This document shows positions 60,252 to 64,000 of a stretch of 64,000 nucleotides of DNA, piece after piece. Within the stretch, counting starts at the first letter, position 1, and each line of letters starts with the position of its first letter. The stretch lies in the NCBI GenBank assembly GCA_963716725.1, contig CAVQUB010000034.1:96001-160000 (forward strand). Reading direction: 5' to 3'. The position numbers and the translations under genes are program-made. The notes beneath the pieces are model-generated. The model was not told where the DNA came from. It worked only from the letters and a program-made list of their open reading frames with translations, and ran no database searches. The DNA is from an uncultured delta proteobacterium (GTDB lineage Bacteria > Myxococcota_A > Polyangia > Polyangiales > Polyangiaceae).

Positions 60252-60974
60252 TTACTCCGCGGGGTTGGAAGATCGGATTGCCTCCCACCCGAACGTCTTG
60301 GCCTGATGGACCCAGTCAAGCTCGGCAAGAACGGCTTGGCTGCCGAGCTCGCTTGCATGCTTCCACTGGTCCTCGGTCAGCGGGACGAGCTGCAGCAAAT
60401 TGAGCTCCATCGCGCCGTCGAGCTCGCCGGTAGTAGCCAGCAGATAGCGCTCGTCTTCTTTTCGCTTCTGCCGGTTTGGGAAGTCGAGCATCTCGGCGGG
60501 CTCGGTTGCCGGAACGATCACGAAGTGAAGCAAGTCATGAAACGCGGCGCCCCACAGATCGAATGCCTTGAACGCCAAATCGCCGGGGCCAGCTGTGGCG
60601 ACATCGTGAGCCAACATGAACAAGAACTCCGCGACTCGCGCGTCTCGCTTTGGCGAGTACGCGATCAGTTCGAGATGCGGCATCACGCCCTCAGCGCGTT
60701 GCGGGACGAAGGCGAGGCCCGCGCTGAGGTACGTCCAATACTCGCGGCCCTCGGACTGACCAAACTCCAACACGAGAAAGTCTGGCCGATTCGGCAACTC
60801 CATCCCGGGGTTCGGTTTCCACTCGTCCGTCGGGTCTCCCAAGAAGTCGATCACGTGAGATATCCAGCGAGCGCGGGCGCCCCATTGCGCGGAGAGCATC
60901 CAGTCCGGAACGCGCGCAGTCGCCGGTTCGGCGCCGACGGTTTGCTTTTTCTTCTTACGGAACCAGCCCAGCAT
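60252..60974 (-). CDS. Suppressor-of-fused (SUFU)-like immunity protein
   Basis: WTYLSAGL, LELIA, LLQLVPLTEDQW. Confidence 0.7.
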   Translation of the reverse strand: MLGWFRKKKKQTVGAEPATARVPDWMLSAQWGARARWISHVIDFLGDPTDEWKPNPGMELPNRPDFLVLEFGQSEGREYWTYLSAGLAFVPQRAEGVMPHLELIAYSPKRDARVAEFLFMLAHDVATAGPGDLAFKAFDLWGAAFHDLLHFVIVPATEPAEMLDFPNRQKRKEDERYLLATTGELDGAMELNLLQLVPLTEDQWKHASELGSQAVLAELDWVHQAKTFGWEAIRSSNPAE

Positions 60975-61127
60975 GCCTGGTACTCCCTCGTCCCCACGAG
61001 GTTACCGCATTCGCCTGCAAGGTTCCGAAGAGGCGCGGGGGCGCGGGGGCGCGGGCACGCGGGGCCACGCGTGCCGGCGACACGGTCGGAAGATGGAACG
61101 AAATGCTCGGACATGCGGGCCAGCCCG

Positions 61128-61355
61128 CAGCGCGGCCTCCGAAGCCGTGGGCGCCGCGCGCATCGAGGCGGTGCGGCCGCCAAGGACCTGTTGACGACGG
61201 AGCTGTTGATGGTCGCGAGCGAGCATGGTTCCTCCGAGGCCCGCCGGGCTCGCTCGGCCGCGACAACTCCACGCGAACGTGTCCCCCCCGATCGCGCGCA
61301 GCGCGATTGAGGGGGGGACCGCCGAGCGCAGCGAGGCGAGGGGGGGCAACCCGAG
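61128..61355 (-). mobile_element. DUF559/hairpin element copy 6 (5' 33 codons, shortened leader, hairpin)
   Basis: MLARDHQQLRRQQVLGGRTASMRAAPTASEAAL at 61226-61128; hairpin 61281-61319; same terminus. Confidence 0.8.
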
Positions 61356-61412
61356 CGCGTATGGCGATCGCGGCTCTGGATCAACGCGTCTGCTGCAACG
61401 GGCAGCCCCCCG

Positions 61413-61829
61413 CTACCTGTTCCCACCGTGGCGACCAACCGCGCCCGAAAACCAGGTTGGCGCTGCCGAGGGATCGGCGAACCAGCCCCAGTCGTCGAGC
61501 GTTTGCGAGAACTGGCTCCTGTCGTAGATTTCATAGAGGTACGGACTGAGTCCGGAGGCGTAGAGCCCCAGGGCCTCGGCGACATCGAAGATGTTGTCGT
61601 CCGCTTCTCGCGAGGCGATGACTGTTCCCTTGGGTCCACCAAAGTCAGGCAATAGCCCCGCGCACCAGCAGATCGTTCCGTCGTGCTGCATCGCGAAAGG
61701 TGACTCGAATCGAATGCCGAGGTCGGCAGCCGCGTCTTGCCATGCCCGGGCTGCTCGGCTTGCCGCGATGACGTCGCGATTGCCGGAAGGCGCCTCACAG
61801 TGGCTCACGTTCCGCTTGCGGTAGAGCAT
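61413..61829 (-). CDS. Hypothetical protein, probable first cassette
   Basis: 138 aa; followed by attC-arm trace cgtctgctgcaacg at ~61387. Confidence 0.7.
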   Translation of the reverse strand: MLYRKRNVSHCEAPSGNRDVIAASRAARAWQDAAADLGIRFESPFAMQHDGTICWCAGLLPDFGGPKGTVIASREADDNIFDVAEALGLYASGLSPYLYEIYDRSQFSQTLDDWGWFADPSAAPTWFSGAVGRHGGNR

Positions 61830-61937
61830 TCTCTTGCGCTCCGCCTACGGTGCCGAGGCACCGCGCTCGGGCGGCGCAACCCGCAGGGCGTCCTGGCGCT
61901 TGACGGCGGCAGGCGCCCGCGTTGAAGAATGCGGAGC

Positions 61938-64000
61938 ATGCGTGACGCCGCTCTGGTCGAGAAGATCGCGCGCGAGCTTCAGGTCGCGCCCCGCTCGGTG
62001 ACAGCCGCGCTCGAACTCTTCGACTGCGGCGCGACCGTTCCGTTCGTCGCGCGCTATCGCAAAGAGGCCACCGACGGGCTCGACGAGGTGGCGCTGCGGG
62101 AGATCGCCGCGCGCGCCAAGTACCTCGATGACCTCGCGGATCGCCGGCGCGTCGTGCTCGAGACCATCGCGGGCCAGGGCAAGCTCACGGCCGAGCTCGA
62201 GCGCGCCATCGCAGCCTGCGAGACCAAGGCGGAGCTCGAGGCCTTGTACGCGCCCTTCAAGAGCAAGCGCAGGACGCGGGGTCAGATGGCCAGGGAGCTG
62301 GGGCTGGAGCCGCTGGCGGATTGGATCTGGCAGCGGCGCGGTCCGGGCAACCCCGAGGCGGCCGCGCTCCCGTTCCTGGAGCGGAGGCCGGAAATCGGGT
62401 CGGTCGAAGCTGCGCTCTCAGGAGCCGTCGACATTTGTGCCGAGCGCATCGCCGAAAAGCCGAGCGCTCGCCGCTTGGTGCAAGACGAGCTGCGCCGCGG
62501 CACGCTCCGCGTCAAGAAGGCTCCAAAGTTTCGCGAGCAGAAGACCAAATTCGACAACTACGAGAAGTTCGGCGAGCCGGTGGCGAGAGTCGCCTCGCAC
62601 CGCTACCTGGCCATCTGTCGTGGGGAGGCCGAAGGCGTGCTCAAGCCGAGCTTCGAGCTCGACGAAGCGCGGGTCGCGGGCGCGCTCGAGCGGACGTTGG
62701 GGCTCTCGGGCAACGACCCCTGGACCAAGCTCCTCGCTCGCGCCGTGGACGACGCGCTCACGCGGCTGTTGATACCCTCGGCACGCTCCAGCGTGCGTGC
62801 CGAGCTCGGGGACGCCGCAGAGCGCGACGCCATCAAGGTGTTCGCGAAGAACCTCGAGCAGCTGTTGCTCGCCGCGCCCTTCGGCGCGCGCTGGGTCCTC
62901 GGGATCGACCCGGGGCAGCGCACGGGCTGCAAGTGCGTCGTGGTCGATGCGACCGGCGGCCTGATCGAGCACACGGTCATCTACTTGGTTCAAGGACCGC
63001 GAGCGGAGCAGGCGGCCGAGAAGACGCTGTCGGCGCTGCTCGATCGCCACCCCATTCTGGCCGTCGCAGTCGGCAACGGCACCCACGGCCGTGAGACCGA
63101 GAATTTCGTGCGCGGGCTGTTGAAGCGCCGTGGGAAGCCCGAGGTCCTGTGCGTCTCGGTCAACGAAGCGGGCGCCAGCGTCTACTCGGCGAGCGAGCTC
63201 GCGCGGCACGAGCTCCCAGACCAGGACGTGACCGTGAGAGGCGCGGTCAGCATCGCCCGCCGGCTGCAGGATCCGCTCTCCGAGCTGGTGAAGATCGATC
63301 CCAAGAGCGTCGGCGTCGGTCAGTATCAGCACGACGTGAGCGAAAGCTTGCTCTGCGCCAAGCTCGACGAAGTGGTGGAGAGCTGCGTCAACCGCGTGGG
63401 CGTGGAGGTCAACACCGCCAGCCCGTCGCTGTTGGCTCGCGTCTCGGGTATCGGCGAGAAGCTGGCGCAGCGCATCGCCGATCATCGCGCAGAGAGCGGC
63501 CGCTTCCGCTCGCGGCGCGATCTCGCCAAGGTGACCGGGCTCGGCGCCCGCACCTTCGAGCAAGCGGCGGGCTTTCTGCGCGTGCACGGCGGGGCACACC
63601 CCCTCGATGCGAGCGGAGTTCATCCCGAACGCTACGCTTTGGTCGAGCGCATGGCGCGGGATCTCGGCGTCAGCCTAGAGAAGCTGATCGGGGCTCCAAA
63701 GCTGGCAACCCTAGACCGCACGCGATATCTGTCCGCCGACGTCGGCGCCTACACGCTCGACCACATCTTGACCGAGCTCGACAAGCCCGGGCGCGACCCG
63801 CGGGCCGAGTTCGAAGCCCCGGGCTTCCGCGACGATGTGCGCAGCATCGAGGAAGTGACGCCTGGCATGCTGCTCGAGGGGCGCGTGACGAACGTCACCG
63901 CCTTCGGCGCCTTCGTAGACATCGGGGTGCACCAAGACGGCCTGGTTCACGTCTCCGAATTGGCCGACCGCTTCGTGAAGGATCCGAGCGAGGTCGTCCG
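61938..64000 (+). CDS. tex: Tex family RNA-binding protein (runs off window)
   Basis: [65 protein letters not shown]1 motif FGAFVDIGVHQDGLVH. Confidence 0.95.
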   Translation, partial: MRDAALVEKIARELQVAPRSVTAALELFDCGATVPFVARYRKEATDGLDEVALREIAARAKYLDDLADRRRVVLETIAGQGKLTAELERAIAACETKAELEALYAPFKSKRRTRGQMARELGLEPLADWIWQRRGPGNPEAAALPFLERRPEIGSVEAALSGAVDICAERIAEKPSARRLVQDELRRGTLRVKKAPKFREQKTKFDNYEKFGEPVARVASHRYLAICRGEAEGVLKPSFELDEARVAGALERTLGLSGNDPWTKLLARAVDDALTRLLIPSARSSVRAELGDAAERDAIKVFAKNLEQLLLAAPFGARWVLGIDPGQRTGCKCVVVDATGGLIEHTVIYLVQGPRAEQAAEKTLSALLDRHPILAVAVGNGTHGRETENFVRGLLKRRGKPEVLCVSVNEAGASVYSASELARHELPDQDVTVRGAVSIARRLQDPLSELVKIDPKSVGVGQYQHDVSESLLCAKLDEVVESCVNRVGVEVNTASPSLLARVSGIGEKLAQRIADHRAESGRFRSRRDLAKVTGLGARTFEQAAGFLRVHGGAHPLDASGVHPERYALVERMARDLGVSLEKLIGAPKLATLDRTRYLSADVGAYTLDHILTELDKPGRDPRAEFEAPGFRDDVRSIEEVTPGMLLEGRVTNVTAFGAFVDIGVHQDGLVHVSELADRFVKDPSEVV

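Noticed and set aside
42632..61355. CRISPR array
   Set aside because: Repeats are about 60-750 bp and separated by whole genes; no cas genes
61830..61937. attI or integrase at the array head
   Set aside because: Too short for intI and no recognisable attI
53196..63319. DGR template/variable repeat pair (tex duplicate; also purC tails)
   Set aside because: Mismatches are synonymous and not adenine-specific; no reverse transcriptase in the window
1..64000. tRNA/rRNA genes or prophage
   Set aside because: None recognisable by eye; not excluded without a covariance-model scan

Overview
GC-rich bacterial DNA with many myxobacterial hallmarks (MYXO-CTERM tails, Gly-rich lipoproteins, Cys-rich kinase tail), so probably Myxococcota (inference). 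1-42.7 kb is ordinary chromosome. It holds nirS and a starch/glycogen locus (two GH13, GH15, LamB-like porin) interrupted by an FGE-family gene, Uma2 and vapBC. It also holds many lipoproteins, an SPL-like radical SAM gene, a tamA/tamB remnant, chorismate mutase and purC. Between purC (ends 42688) and tex (starts ~61938) lies a ~19 kb hypervariable region. It is a minus-strand integron-type cassette array with about 12 attC-like sites and no integrase in view. Cargo includes TA modules, TIR, DUF3800/DUF1828, SUFU and IS remnants. The array is punctuated six times by one repeated element: half attC + small DUF559 endonuclease gene + ~310 nt conserved leader + GC hairpin ending GGGGGGGCAACCCGAG. 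Most copies are followed by a copy of the purC 3' end. This purC-anchored, attC-associated DUF559/hairpin element is the best candidate for an undescribed system. Family names come from motif recognition only; no searches were run.
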